A stretch of 64,000 nucleotides of DNA from an uncultured Planctomycetia bacterium (GTDB lineage: Bacteria; Omnitrophota; Gorgyraeia; JABMRG01): positions 38,661 to 102,660 of the forward strand of contig CAZWMG010000002.1 of the NCBI GenBank assembly GCA_964634945.1, given 5' to 3'. Position numbers and translations under genes: made by a program. Shown one piece after another: positions 38,596 through 50,600 of this stretch. How positions within the stretch are numbered: position 1 is the first letter of the stretch; each line of letters begins with the position of its first letter. The notes below the pieces were generated by a model that saw only the letters and a list, made by a program, of their open reading frames with translations, ran no database searches and was not told the origin of the DNA.

Positions 38596-39006
38596 ATGAA
38601 GAACATATTGTTTTTGTGTACAGAAAATTCCTGTAGAAGCAAGATTGCAGAAGCCTTTTTAAGGCACATAGCCGGTGATAAATTTAATGCCTATAGTGCT
38701 GGGGTAGGCCCAACTAGCTTAAATCAATTTGCTATCAAGGCAATGCAAGAGATAGGTATCGATATAACCAATCAGAGATCAAAGTCGATCCAAGAGTTAT
38801 CTAACTAGCAATTCCATCGTGTAGTGACTGTATGTGACAATGTAAAACAAAGATGTCCCACCTTCCCGGGTAAGTTTGAAGAGATGTATTGGGGCCTTGA
38901 TAACCCGACAGAGGTAGAGGGCACTGATGAAGAGATTATGAGGGCCTTTAGAAAGACCAGGGATATGATAAAGCAAAATATCAGAGATTTTATCGTGTCA
39001 AGATAG
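38596..39006 (+). pseudogene. arsC: Arsenate reductase / LMW phosphatase family (thioredoxin-type ArsC) interrupted by an in-frame TAG at 38806-38808. The two track ORFs 38596-38808 and 38824-39006 share one frame.
   Basis: P-loop 'LCTENSCRS' (CX5R) in the first part. 'VVTVCDNVKQRCP' (Cys82/Cys89 equivalents) follows directly after the TAG in the same frame. Confidence 0.6.
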
Positions 39007-39043
39007 GCGCTGTTTTAATAGTATTTAAAAAGGAGATGTAAAA

Positions 39044-39487
39044 ATGCGTGTATTATCAATAGGTTTGATAGCCACTTTATTTTTTATTGGTTTTATATTG
39101 CCGGTATCCTGGGCAGGCCAAAATCCCATGTTTGACTTCTATAATGGATTGACAGAGATCATAGAGAAGAACATGAATAATCCAAAAGTCTGCGTATCTC
39201 AGTCAGAGAGCTATATAAAAAATAACATTAAAACATTGCAAAAAGCTACCGCGGCAGGAAGAAAGATGGTTCAGGATAACTCGCAGAAATATGAAAATAT
39301 GGGTAACAAGGAGCTTGAACTTACAATGAAACAGGCTCAGGAAGCTATGTCAGATCCTAAAATAGCTGAGTCTATGAACGCGTCTATGACGGTCATGAAC
39401 AATTTTATGCAGGTCCTGAATAAGTTTATGATGAAGCATCCCGTTGAAGGTGGGGAAATTATGGACGCCCTAAGTGAGTATTCCTAG
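39044..39487 (+). CDS. Secreted hypothetical protein
   Basis: Signal 'MRVLSIGLIATLFFIGFILPVSWA'. Confidence 0.35.
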   Translation: MRVLSIGLIATLFFIGFILPVSWAGQNPMFDFYNGLTEIIEKNMNNPKVCVSQSESYIKNNIKTLQKATAAGRKMVQDNSQKYENMGNKELELTMKQAQEAMSDPKIAESMNASMTVMNNFMQVLNKFMMKHPVEGGEIMDALSEYS

Positions 39488-39737
39488 TAATATAGGACAG
39501 ATTCAAGGCAAAAGGCATAAGGACGCAATATGCGCATACGAATTGGATATTTTATATCAACAGAAAACAACGATATAATTTTTGAGGGAAAATGTATATT
39601 ATGTGTAAAATGCTATAACCTATGTCCGGTCAACGCGATACTAATCAGTAAAAAAGCGTAGACGATAAGAAATACAGAAGATACAAGGGCCCTGGTTCTG
39701 AGATAAGACCCGTTGAATGTAGAAAATAGGAGAAGAT

Positions 39738-40190
39738 ATGGATATAAAAAGCGAGAAAGTATTGAACGAGGCTATACAGATAGAAAAGAATCTATCAGTA
39801 TTGTATTTTTTTTATAGCGAAAATTTTGTTGATGATTCCGAATTTTGGCAGCAGATGTCAAAAGAAGAGGCAGAACACGCGGCCCTACTAGGGCTTGGTA
39901 AAGATTTTCCGGATAAGTTTCCCGAGTTTATTACATATGATGAATACAATGAATTGGTAAAGGTTAGACAGGAGATAGAAGATACTATCAAAAGATATGA
40001 AAGGCAATTGCCATCAAAAAAAGAAGCGTATAGCTACGCGCTGGGCCTTGAAACCAGCGCTTATGAATTGCATTATCAGAAATTGTCATCAAGTAAAGAA
40101 AATTCAGAAATGATGAAAACATTTCAAAAGTTAAACGCGTTTGACAAAGACCACGCTAAAAGAATAGAAGAACTGTTAACCTCAATATAA
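39738..40190 (+). CDS. Ferritin-like/rubrerythrin-like helical protein
   Basis: 'EAIQIEKNLSVLY' and 'EEAEHAALL' show helical-bundle E..H motif spacing. Weak. Confidence 0.35.
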   Translation: MDIKSEKVLNEAIQIEKNLSVLYFFYSENFVDDSEFWQQMSKEEAEHAALLGLGKDFPDKFPEFITYDEYNELVKVRQEIEDTIKRYERQLPSKKEAYSYALGLETSAYELHYQKLSSSKENSEMMKTFQKLNAFDKDHAKRIEELLTSI

Positions 40191-40435
40191 GTTCTTTTAT
40201 GTGAAATCGTATTATTGATCAAGACAATAAGATTAATCCGGATTGGCTTGAACTTTTTAATGAATTTCAGGGTTGCTTGTTGCTTTCAGCTGACCAGCTT
40301 GCCAGTATTAAGGCAAAGACTGAACTCCCGCTACAATGCATAGAGTAGACTTATAGCGTTGTCGAGCAGTTGCCATACCCCCAAAGAGATAATAGTTGTA
40401 TACAATACGACACAATAGTGGTATTATGAGCCATA

Positions 40436-41698
40436 ATGACACAGACGCCACGACAGACAAACACTTCCTTTTATGGCCTTGGGATCGCGCCGAGAATACT
40501 CGATATTCTGGACAAAATAAAATTTACTATCCCTACGCCCATCCAGCACAAGACCATACCTATAGCTATTGAAGGCAAAGATGTAATCGGTGTCGCGCAA
40601 ACAGGTACCGGTAAGACACTCGCCTTTACAGTCCCTATTATGCAGCGCCTTTCCCTTAGAAGAGGACGCGCGCTCATTCTTGTTCCGACCAGGGAGCTTG
40701 CTATACAGGTTGATGAGACGTTCCAGAAGATCGCGCCATCACTTGGCATAAAGACCGCTGTTATTATAGGTGGCGCGTCTATGCAGCTGCAACTAAAAGC
40801 ACTAAGGACGAATCCGCGTGTTTTGGTAGCTACTCCTGGCCGACTTGTTGACCACATGGAGCGGCGCACAGTGCTTTTGGCTGATATAAATGTCCTGGTT
40901 CTTGACGAGGCGGATCGCATGCTTGATATGGGTTTCCTGCCGCAGATACAGAAAATTATCAAATTTATCCCACGAAATAAGCAGACCATGTTTTTTTCAG
41001 CTACTATACCGACAGAGATAGTCAAAATGGCGGCAGAGCATATGAAACTTCCTGTGCATGTTGAAGTCGCGCCATCAGGAACTACCGCGGAGCGTATTAT
41101 ACAGGAAGTCTTTATAATTAAGAAAAGCTCAAAACAGCGGCTCATGATAAAATTACTCGATCAGTATCATGGACCGGTGCTGATATTCTCCAGAACAAAG
41201 ATAGGCGCCAGGTATATCGCGCGTGGTTTACAACGCGCAAACTACAAAGCCGCGGAGATCCATTCCGACAGGTCACTACCCCAAAGAAAAGAGGCTCTTG
41301 AGGGTTTTAAGGCAGGAAAGTACAAGATACTTGTCGCTACTGATATCGCTGCTAGAGGTATTGATGTTACGGGTATAGAACTTGTTATAAACTATGATCT
41401 TCCGGATGACACTGAGAATTATGTGCATCGTATCGGCCGTACAGCCCGGGCCGGGCATGAGGGGCGTGCTGTATCTTTCGCCACGCCTGAGCAGGGTGAT
41501 GATGTGAAAAACATTGAAAAACTCATTAAGGCCCCATTGCCGATAGTTGAGCACCCCGGATTTCCAAAAGAAAAATTTGTCAAAGAGATATCACCACGAC
41601 AGGGCTCAAAGCCGTATCAGTCCAGACGATCAGCGCCCAAGAAGCCTTATCCCCGCGCAAACCGAAACAATTCCCACTATAAAAGTCGAAAACGTTAG
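40436..41698 (+). CDS. DEAD-box ATP-dependent RNA helicase
   Basis: Q-motif 'TPIQ'. Walker A 'AQTGTGKT'. 'PTRELA', 'VLDEADRM', 'SAT', 'ARGID' and 'HRIGRTARAG' motifs. Basic C-terminal tail. Confidence 0.85.
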   Translation: MTQTPRQTNTSFYGLGIAPRILDILDKIKFTIPTPIQHKTIPIAIEGKDVIGVAQTGTGKTLAFTVPIMQRLSLRRGRALILVPTRELAIQVDETFQKIAPSLGIKTAVIIGGASMQLQLKALRTNPRVLVATPGRLVDHMERRTVLLADINVLVLDEADRMLDMGFLPQIQKIIKFIPRNKQTMFFSATIPTEIVKMAAEHMKLPVHVEVAPSGTTAERIIQEVFIIKKSSKQRLMIKLLDQYHGPVLIFSRTKIGARYIARGLQRANYKAAEIHSDRSLPQRKEALEGFKAGKYKILVATDIAARGIDVTGIELVINYDLPDDTENYVHRIGRTARAGHEGRAVSFATPEQGDDVKNIEKLIKAPLPIVEHPGFPKEKFVKEISPRQGSKPYQSRRSAPKKPYPRANRNNSHYKSRKR

Positions 41699-41773
41699 TT
41701 TTCCAACAGCCATCTTGAATAAAGACGCGCTATTTTACTGGTATTTAATATTCCGATGTGATACAATGCACAA

Positions 41774-43201
41774 ATGAAATACAAACACGCCTTATTTTTA
41801 AACCCATATGCTATTCGTAAGACCAAATCCGCGTCTATTACGAGGCTATTTCCGCCAACAGGACTAGAGTTTGTCGCTACAAGCGCCAAGGATTATGTTG
41901 AAGATCTCACCCTTCTTGACTTGCGCTATGAAGAAGAGCTCTCGGATATTGACAAGCTGCTGGAGTTTATAGATAATAAGGGCATAGATATAATATGTGT
42001 TGGCATAGGATGGGACAGAGAATTTAAAGATGTTTGCGCCCTCTTAAACGCTATGCCCGCTAATATTCCGTTAGTAGTTGGTGGACACAAGGCTACGGAA
42101 GAGGCAGGTGACCTTTTTGAGCTATGCCCTAATATAGATATCCTTGTAAGAGGAGAAGGCGAGGAGACGATAAGAGATATTATGCGGGATATCCCGCTTA
42201 AAGATATACTGGGCATCTCTTACAGGCAAGGCGATAAAGTGTTACATAATGACACCAGGCCACTTCCGGAGATTGATATAATAAGTTCACCTGATCGCAG
42301 TTTAAGGAGAAATCAGTACCGATTAACAGTGCAGGGAAATAATATTACGAACCTGACATACGATACTATCCTTAGCGCGCGAGGCTGCCCGTTTAATTGC
42401 AAATTCTGCACCTTTACCCTAAATCCACTCGGCCAGAAAAGGCCATACGCGGAAAGGAGTGTGGCCTCCGTTCTGAAAGAAATAGAGAGTATAGAGGCGG
42501 ATATAATCCTTTTTAGTGATGAGAATTTTGCGACAAATGCCAAGAGAGCGGAAAAGATCTGCGATCTGATAATAGAGAAAAAGATTAAGAAGCGTTTTCT
42601 GGCGCAGGTACGCATAGAGATTGCTAATCATCCTCAATTATTGAATAAGATGGTCAAGGCTGGATTTAAGATGCTATCATTAGGCATAGAGAGTCCGCAT
42701 GATCATATATTAAAGGAACTTAACAAGGGCTTTGATTCAAAGAAGATAAGAGAGGCCTTTGCTGTTTTTAGAAAGTATCCTATATTTTACCACGGCTACT
42801 TTATTTATGGTAATATAGGTGAGACGGAAGAAGAGATGCTCTATATCGGCAAATTCGCGAGAGAGATAGGGGTCGATACCATAGCATGCAGCAAGCTTAG
42901 GGTTAGCAAGTTTTCGCCTTTAAAGAAGTTCGTGGATGAATCGCCGAGCCACTACGTTACGGAAAAAGGAGAGATCTATTCTGATGCTTGCAGCCATTCT
43001 GACCTCAAGAGAATAAATAAAGAAACAAAGAGAATGTTCTACACGCCCTACAAGGTGCTTCAAATAACAAAAAAATTTATCAGTACACGCTGGCTTACAT
43101 CAAAAGATATTATTCCGTTGCTATTAGTGGTGCCCGCGTTATTAAAAAGCACCATCGCCAGTGAGAGGCAGAAGGCGAGATCAAAGAACAGACAAAAATA
43201 A
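41774..43201 (+). CDS. B12-binding-domain radical SAM enzyme
   Basis: 'RGCPFNCKFCTF' is the CxxxCxxC radical SAM motif. N-terminal Rossmann-like B12-binding region. Confidence 0.75.
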   Translation: MKYKHALFLNPYAIRKTKSASITRLFPPTGLEFVATSAKDYVEDLTLLDLRYEEELSDIDKLLEFIDNKGIDIICVGIGWDREFKDVCALLNAMPANIPLVVGGHKATEEAGDLFELCPNIDILVRGEGEETIRDIMRDIPLKDILGISYRQGDKVLHNDTRPLPEIDIISSPDRSLRRNQYRLTVQGNNITNLTYDTILSARGCPFNCKFCTFTLNPLGQKRPYAERSVASVLKEIESIEADIILFSDENFATNAKRAEKICDLIIEKKIKKRFLAQVRIEIANHPQLLNKMVKAGFKMLSLGIESPHDHILKELNKGFDSKKIREAFAVFRKYPIFYHGYFIYGNIGETEEEMLYIGKFAREIGVDTIACSKLRVSKFSPLKKFVDESPSHYVTEKGEIYSDACSHSDLKRINKETKRMFYTPYKVLQITKKFISTRWLTSKDIIPLLLVVPALLKSTIASERQKARSKNRQK

Positions 43202-43349
43202 CACATTGTAATTAGTATAAGTGCTTAAGATAGCATGATGTCGGATTTTTGATGAGGCTGCAACTCTTCAGATGGCATATTAAGCATGGTAAGTTTAGCA
43301 TAGATAACAGCTTCTTAAATATCCGCATTATAGAGTCCTTAAAAGGCCC

Positions 43350-44291
43350 ATGAATAAAGAGCAAAAATCCGTGAAAGATATTTTAATCGAGCCTCATTAT
43401 AATAGTGAAGGCTTTGTCGATTATACCCATAGAGGCCAAACCTATAAACTGTGGTATGCTATTATAGGTTCCGGCTGTAAGCCGCCTGTATTAGTTTTGC
43501 ATGGTGGCCCGGGAGGCAATCACCACAACCTAGTGGCATTTCAGGCGTTAGCTGACGAGCGGGATGTAATTTTTTATGACCAACTTGGCTGTGGAATGTC
43601 AGATCGACCGGACAATCGATCACTGTGGACTGCTAATCGATATTTTGATGAGGTGTTGGCGATACAGGACGGCCTGAGGTTGAAGAGATACCATCTGATA
43701 GGTCATTCATGGGGCACCATGCTGGCTGTTGGTTTTGCAGCTAAATATACAGAGAAGATATTGTCTGTTTCTCTTCATAGCCCCATTTTGAGTTTTCCAT
43801 ATTATATCGAGCATGTAGCCAAAAAGCTCAAAGAGGAGTTGAACCGCCACCATAAAAAATTCGCGCGGATAATAGACGATTATGAGCTAAGCGGGATTGG
43901 GAAAAAGAGCGGCTATGACAAGGCTTGCATGGAATTTATTAAAAAACATGTTACGCATACCTGGCCGCTACCAGAGGCTATGAAGAGGTTAATTGCCGGT
44001 CGAAATACTACAATTCATGATGTTATGGTTGGAAGCGGTTCCGAATTGAACGTATTGGGAAATCTAAAAACAGTGGATGTTATATTACAGTTATCTCAGA
44101 TAGGCGTGCCCGTTCTTATGACCTGCGGAGATGATGATCTATGTACGCCTGCTTTTACTAAATGGCAAGCTGAATTTGGCAAGGGCATTAGCCGTCATAT
44201 TATACATGGAAGCGGCCATATGACCCCGGTGGATAAGCCTTTAGAACTTATCAGCTTGCAAAGGGATTTCTTAAGAGACGTTGAAAGATAA
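43350..44291 (+). CDS. Proline iminopeptidase-family alpha/beta hydrolase
   Basis: 'LVLHGGPGG' and nucleophile elbow 'GHSWGTMLA'. Confidence 0.7.
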   Translation: MNKEQKSVKDILIEPHYNSEGFVDYTHRGQTYKLWYAIIGSGCKPPVLVLHGGPGGNHHNLVAFQALADERDVIFYDQLGCGMSDRPDNRSLWTANRYFDEVLAIQDGLRLKRYHLIGHSWGTMLAVGFAAKYTEKILSVSLHSPILSFPYYIEHVAKKLKEELNRHHKKFARIIDDYELSGIGKKSGYDKACMEFIKKHVTHTWPLPEAMKRLIAGRNTTIHDVMVGSGSELNVLGNLKTVDVILQLSQIGVPVLMTCGDDDLCTPAFTKWQAEFGKGISRHIIHGSGHMTPVDKPLELISLQRDFLRDVER

Positions 44292-44474
44292 CATAACAAA
44301 CAGAGATCGCTTGCTAAATGGGTAAAGCAACCTATAGTGTATTATATATTAGTATTTTCATTATAATGTGCCGCCTATACGGGCAAGGCGCTTGCAAAGG
44401 CAAGCCCCATTATTACTTTAAAACCCCGTTTTTTCCCTACTATAATAGCAAATTCACCCCAAACACCTAAAACA

Positions 44475-44528
44475 TTTCAAGACCGGTTCTTGAGCACAAC
44501 CGATCGTGCTCAAGAACCGGTCTTGAAA
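44475..44528. repeat. Perfect palindromic hairpin (22-23-bp stem, 8-nt loop) upstream of the giant gene. Copy 1 of 2.
   Basis: 'ttcaagaccggttcttgagcac' | aaccgatc | 'gtgctcaagaaccggtcttgaa'. Confidence 0.6.
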
Positions 44529-44554
44529 CAATTTTCCTAAATTTAGAATTTTTC

Positions 44555-44583
44555 TTGACACATTAGCGATTTTGTTGTATTAT
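44555..44583 (+). promoter_or_regulatory. Consensus-like sigma70 promoter (TTGACA-17-TATTAT) for the giant gene. AGGAGG RBS at 44672-44679.
   Basis: 'ttgacacattagcgattttgttgtattat'. Confidence 0.5.
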
Positions 44584-44684
44584 TTAAAACAATTGTAAAT
44601 AATATTAATTACTTTTTAAAACAATATTAAACATCTTGATTATTGTTGATTTCCAAATCAATATAAAAAACAAGGAGGTCCTAA

Positions 44685-47600
44685 ATGGCCAGAAACATTA
44701 ACAGATTCCTATCATATCTAATTATCATAGCGTTCTTATCAACATCTACTAATCTATCCTATCTATCACAACAAGAATTCCAAAGCCAGACAGATACATT
44801 GAGATCCCAGGCAGCGGTCCTTGGATTAGATATCTCTGCAATTCAGGCAAGGCTTGAGTCGCCGGCTCCAGATGTAGCAAGGTCAAGCTCTGCTGGTGAT
44901 GACTCAGATGAAGTCAGCGATATTATGGTTCAGAGCTTCATGCAGAACAATACCGTTGTATTTATTAATAAGGCATTGGAGACAGTAGAGCTTACAGATC
45001 TACCGGCAAGCTACAAAGAGCTTTCAGACAAGTATAAGGGCATACTTTTACAGGAGATAGGAAAGAAAGGTATAGTGGCGTTATTCCAGAGGCTTGAGGA
45101 AGATGCTAATGACTTGTTTAAAGAAGGCAAGGAGAAAGAGGCAACAAATCTTTATAAGTCAGTAATATTCTTTGCTAAGGTTACGGACGCGCTTATAGTG
45201 CATGATAATGAGTTTGACTGGATAGGCAATATTAGCCTTTTAGGAGGAAAGATCGACAACTCTCTTATGCTTTCAAAGGGAAAATTAGAAGTTCCCCCGT
45301 TTTTTGGTATTACATCCATGTTCCAGAAGTATGTATGGTTATATAATGATCTGCTGCCAAAGATGAGAGATATCGCCTTTACAGTCGATCCACAGAATAA
45401 TACAGCGACATCCTCCGCACAGGCAAGATTTGAGCAATTGATAAAAGATACTCATGTGCCTGAAGATTTAAAGTTAATGCTTGAGATTGAGGCAAGAAAG
45501 ATAGCGGATCGCGAGGGTTACGCGTTAACAAAAGAGGAAGCAGACAAGCTTGAGACAGAAGCGATAGAGATTATACTCAGAAGCTCCCAAGGTTTAGAGG
45601 ACAGGCCGGGGATACCTTCTGCTGGTATCGGTTCAAGTGTGCCGACAATGGGCACTGATGGCATGCTGGATGTATTCAAGGATGTCGCCGCATCTGCGTA
45701 TCTTAGAAGGGCGTTAGAATATAGGGATAAGATAGCTATAAGCACATGGTTGCTTTCAAGGATGAACATAGATGAGCTTAAACATATAGTTAATAAGCTT
45801 AAAGGCTTGTCTGAGGTTACGTCTAAGGTCGAGGTTGGCGGGATATTTTATGATACCAGCACAATCGTAGAGGACATAGAGGCCAATCTTTCAGAGGATT
45901 TGCGTTCAAGGAAAGAGTTTGTTAATGTTTCAACATTGAGAGTACTTACATTACTGGAGTTATTGCAGCAGCAGAGCGCTAAGGACGATATTATTGATAA
46001 AGCATTAGTAGAGATAAGAGATGTCCGCATAGATTGCCTTGACGCGGCAAGGATAGGCGGCGGTATACAGACACAGACCATGCGTTCGAGTGAATATTCT
46101 ATTGTCGGCTTCGCGTTAAACAAAGCGACAGGTTGGACAGGTGACGCGAATGATATGGTTGTTATAGATTATGACATCTCCTATGGCAGGGGGGAGCTTA
46201 TTGTGCAAGGCTCTATAATCAGTGATCATTACAAGATATTGCTTAATCTAAAGACCGGTAAGGCCATTATATTATCGAAAGAATGTGGTTCAAAACTCGC
46301 TACATTAAAACGTGCCAAGGCAGGTGAAGAGATAGAGGTCTGGGCAGATTCTAAGCATGAGACAATAGAGACAGTTATTGCGGAAGAAGGAAAGGAATAT
46401 CTAGTAGTAACTCCTGTAGAACAGCGTCAAAGATTTGTTGTTTCAGATAAGAAAGCTATAGAGATAGCGCACAAGATATTAGAGGCTAACACTGTTCATA
46501 ACTCCGGAAGAACCCAGGTTGTGCCGGTAGATATGGAGGCTTGTTATTACCATGACACAAAAGGGAAGTTGCAATATTCCATAGTCCAGAAGAGAGACTC
46601 CGCTATAAAATCAGGTTTCGATTTTGAGGACCCTGATTTTGTTATTCATGCCGGTAAAGAGCCGATAGCCGGGTTAGCAGACGCTGCACAGGAACAGGGT
46701 CATATGAAGGCAAAAGGTTTTGAGACTCAGAACGCCGCAAGTGGTGTAACAGTGTGGGTTGAGGAGCCATCTGCTGACAGAGTTAAAAAGGCGGTAGAGA
46801 ATATATGGGAAGGCGCCAGAGAAGCCGCTTTAAATGAATTTTTACCGCAGGCGCATCCCGATCTCTATACACCAAATGATAAATCAGCGATAATAGAGAA
46901 GATATTAAGAGATAAAAAGATAGTGGATACCGGAATACAGGATGATTTTGATGTAGAAGGTTTTGATTTTGATAAGGCCCGTATCTTAGAAAGAATAATC
47001 AGCAAAGATTCTACACAAGAGGAGGCCATAAAAGAGATTGAAAGTGCTTTTTCAGGTAAATTGGAAAAGGAAGCTATCGTCTCTATCGCTGTGGGAGCAT
47101 TAAAACTCTTTAAAAATACAGCTAATTTAGAAGATAGAATGAGAATATTATCTTCTATAATCAGAGTAAATATATTTTCCTCGCCAAAAGCTGATTTAAA
47201 AAGAGCCTTTATTGAAGAGCACGCGGGAGTACTGGAAAGAGATGTCTTAAATAGGCAGTTTGACAAGATAAAGGCAATGATCAAAGACGGGATAACTGTG
47301 GTAATGGTGACGCCTGAAACAAATCCGAATTTTAATGATATTATGAAGTTTGTAGACGAAAATGGCGGCGCGACAATTACACGGCAAGGAGGTAGGTCTG
47401 CCCACGCTATTATTATATCTATACAATTCGGTTATTGCGTAGTAGGCGGAGCGGAATTCAATGATTCAGATCTTCTGGAAAGAATTAAAAATGGTGACCA
47501 GATACTTTTGACGGTAGATGGTAACAAGGGACAGGTATACGATTTAGAGATACCTATAACGAGTTTCTTTAGCGCGTTTCAACCAAAGCGTTGGGGTAAT

Positions 47601-50600
47601 TATGGGGGAGATATTGGGCTCATAACAAATGCTCCTAATGAAGTTGAAAAGGCATCCAAAAACCATCATTGGCAGGTACCTGTGGATCATGATATGTATC
47701 CTTATATGGAAGGAAAGAAAAGCGTAGGTTATTATTCTGTAAGCTTGGATAGGATAGAGGAGATACTAATAGAATTAGGCCTTGATTTTCGCGGTGCATA
47801 TGCGTATGACAGGATGAACGCGATAAGGGCCAAGGAACTTGATGAATCCACGTTATCAGAGCGCCAGAGAAGCGATGTTGGTAAGTTAAGAGGCAGGCGC
47901 GATCTAGTAACTAAGGTGGCTAAAAAGGTTAATGAGAGGGGCTTTACATCAGCGGTTGAATACCTGCGTCATGAACTGGCTAGCCACTTTAAGCAGATGC
48001 TTGCTACTACAAAACCGGGGCAGGTTGTGCAAGTCAGATTAAGAGATTTAAAGAAGAGAGAGATACTAAAGACTCAGGATACTGCCGAACTTTTTTATAA
48101 TGACGAAGAGGCCTCAATGATAGGTGACAGAGGAACAGGCCTTGAGGTTCATGATGAAAATATAGAGGCGATAGATCTACAGGTTCTTGCTCTGGAAGAT
48201 GCTAGAGCAGAGGCAGAAGAATTAGGTGGGTTAGGTGATTTAGGATTTATGTTTGTTTTTATAAGACGAGTATTAGATGATTCTGAATTAGGCATAGAAT
48301 CAGATCTTAAGAAGGGCCTTAACAGGCTGCTTAAGCTAAGAAGAGAGGGCAAGATTAAACGCATACCAGCGCATGTTGGGGTAATGTTTGAATTGGTAAT
48401 AAACGCTCTTTTGGCTGAGGAGCTCGCTGCGATATTAGCTGATTTTAGAGAGACTGTTAAAAAAGAATTCAATGAGGATATATCAACTTATTTTTCAAAT
48501 GGAACAAATGACCTTACACAGTCTGTCAAGGGAAGCAGGGATGAGACCAGGTATGTAAGTATGGATATAATGATGCCAAATGGTGACATTGTCAAAGGTA
48601 TAAGAGTATTTTATGAGGGCGATCCAGCTGTTGGCGATACGATAGCGCACGGCGCTTTTGTAGCCAAGAAATATGGCCATAAAAGAGGTAGCTGTGGCGA
48701 ATACTTTAATAATCTTTTAAATGCCGGCGATCCTGAATCGATTGACAGTGCAAGAGAGGGTTTTGGAAGGCTCGATTCCGGTGGAACGAGTATCAAGGTT
48801 TTTCCAAGGGCCGTAAAGCTTCTTGCGGATTCACAATTGGCAAAACAGCGCATACCTACTAATGTCGCGGTAAAGGCAGAGGTTGTTGCGGAAGGCAAAT
48901 CTTTGCATGAAAAAGGCGCTGTACACAGGAGGGCGGTCTTTATAAGATCAGAAGAAGATTTTATTACAGAGCGCGTTATTTATAGAGACGGTGGTAAGAA
49001 TAGCGAAGTAAGGTATGCGCCTAAGGCGGTAGAGGGGGATATTTTGATATTGTCAACGGATATTGCCCCTGATAATAAAAAATTACTGGAGGCTCTTGAT
49101 TCTCAGGCAAGCGGTGTAGTGCTTGCAGGCAAGAACGGGGTAAACATAAAAGTGTTACAAGCCTTGCTTGTAGAACGTAATGTTCCAACTATTGTGATAA
49201 AGAAAGAGATATTTACGAGATTGACTGATCTTAAGCAATATGTCTTTGATTTTGAGCGAGGCGCGATATATACAGAGAGCAAGATATCTTTTGATATAGA
49301 AACTGCGGAAAATAAAACAGCGTATGCGCATATAGATTATGACGCAAAACCTAAACAGACATCTGTTGAGACAGTAGATATGGATCATATCTATAATACG
49401 ATCGGTGTCCACCCGCTTGCCCTAACCCTATATGCGTTACATACGGGAGAGATAGAAAACTCTGTTATAGAGACAATAGATGGCGGACAGGTTGTGCGAA
49501 AATTGGAGAAGATACTTTCGCAACAGAGGATACCTCTGCCTAATAATAAATTTCCGGATATGTATAGGGACGTCAAGGAGCTCCTTGATTCGCACAATGT
49601 TGATAGTGTGCGGGCCTTAATAAATAAGGTTACTAAGCAAGCTGTAGAAAGGCACAGAAAAATTTTGCCGAAAGGTACTACGCTTGCCTTTGGTACGTCG
49701 CAACAGGATGCCTGGGCATTTGAGGAGCTAAAATGGGGCAAGCGTGAGACAGAGCTTGAGCTCAATGTATTCAATGTGCCTATAGATTTAAGGGGCCTTG
49801 CCAAGACCATATCCCCTGGATATGGCGATATATTCGAGATGTTTCTTGAGGTAGTAAAGGAAGAAGGGCTGGATATCCAGTTTAATTATGTGCAGGATTT
49901 AAATATCCTTGATGCAGCGATAGAGTTTCTTAATCAGAAAGGGTTAGTGCCTGGAGAGGATGGCTTTAATCTCGGTATGAGCGCGTCTACATCTCACAAC
50001 TTTATAGTAGCATATCGTTATTTCAGTAAAAGAGATATATCTTTTGTTAAGTTTGATGACGAGCTTCTACTAATGAACTTCGCGCTAGCTAATCTTGATC
50101 ATCATACAGATGTAAGGCGCTGGGATGGCAGCTTTGAGTCTTTGATCAATATTAATGAGAGAAGTTACCAAGAGGCATTAAAAAGAGCAAAGGCCATGCT
50201 AAGGACCGCTATGGTTAATCACGATGTAACAGAGGTAACAACTCCCAAAAGCTCCTCAAGCGGCAATAGCGTGCTTAATGAGGCTATGAAATTAGGTGTT
50301 CAGATAGAGCTTGATAAATTATATCTTGCAAGAAAGGCTGATGAATCAGAGAGTACAACTCGTGCGTTTAGTACGAGATTTGTAATAGCAGGAGATGAAT
50401 TCTTTGATAATGAGATCACTACTATGCTGGAGAATTTTAGAACCAAGATTCAAAAAGAGTTTGGTGAGGATGCGACAATTTCTATTTCAGCAGATCCAAA
50501 CGGACCACAAACAGACCTTTCTGTATCTGTATTATTAATACCTAAGTTCACTCCGGTTGCCCAATCAGCTATTCAGGCACAGTTCGATGGGTTGCTCCAG

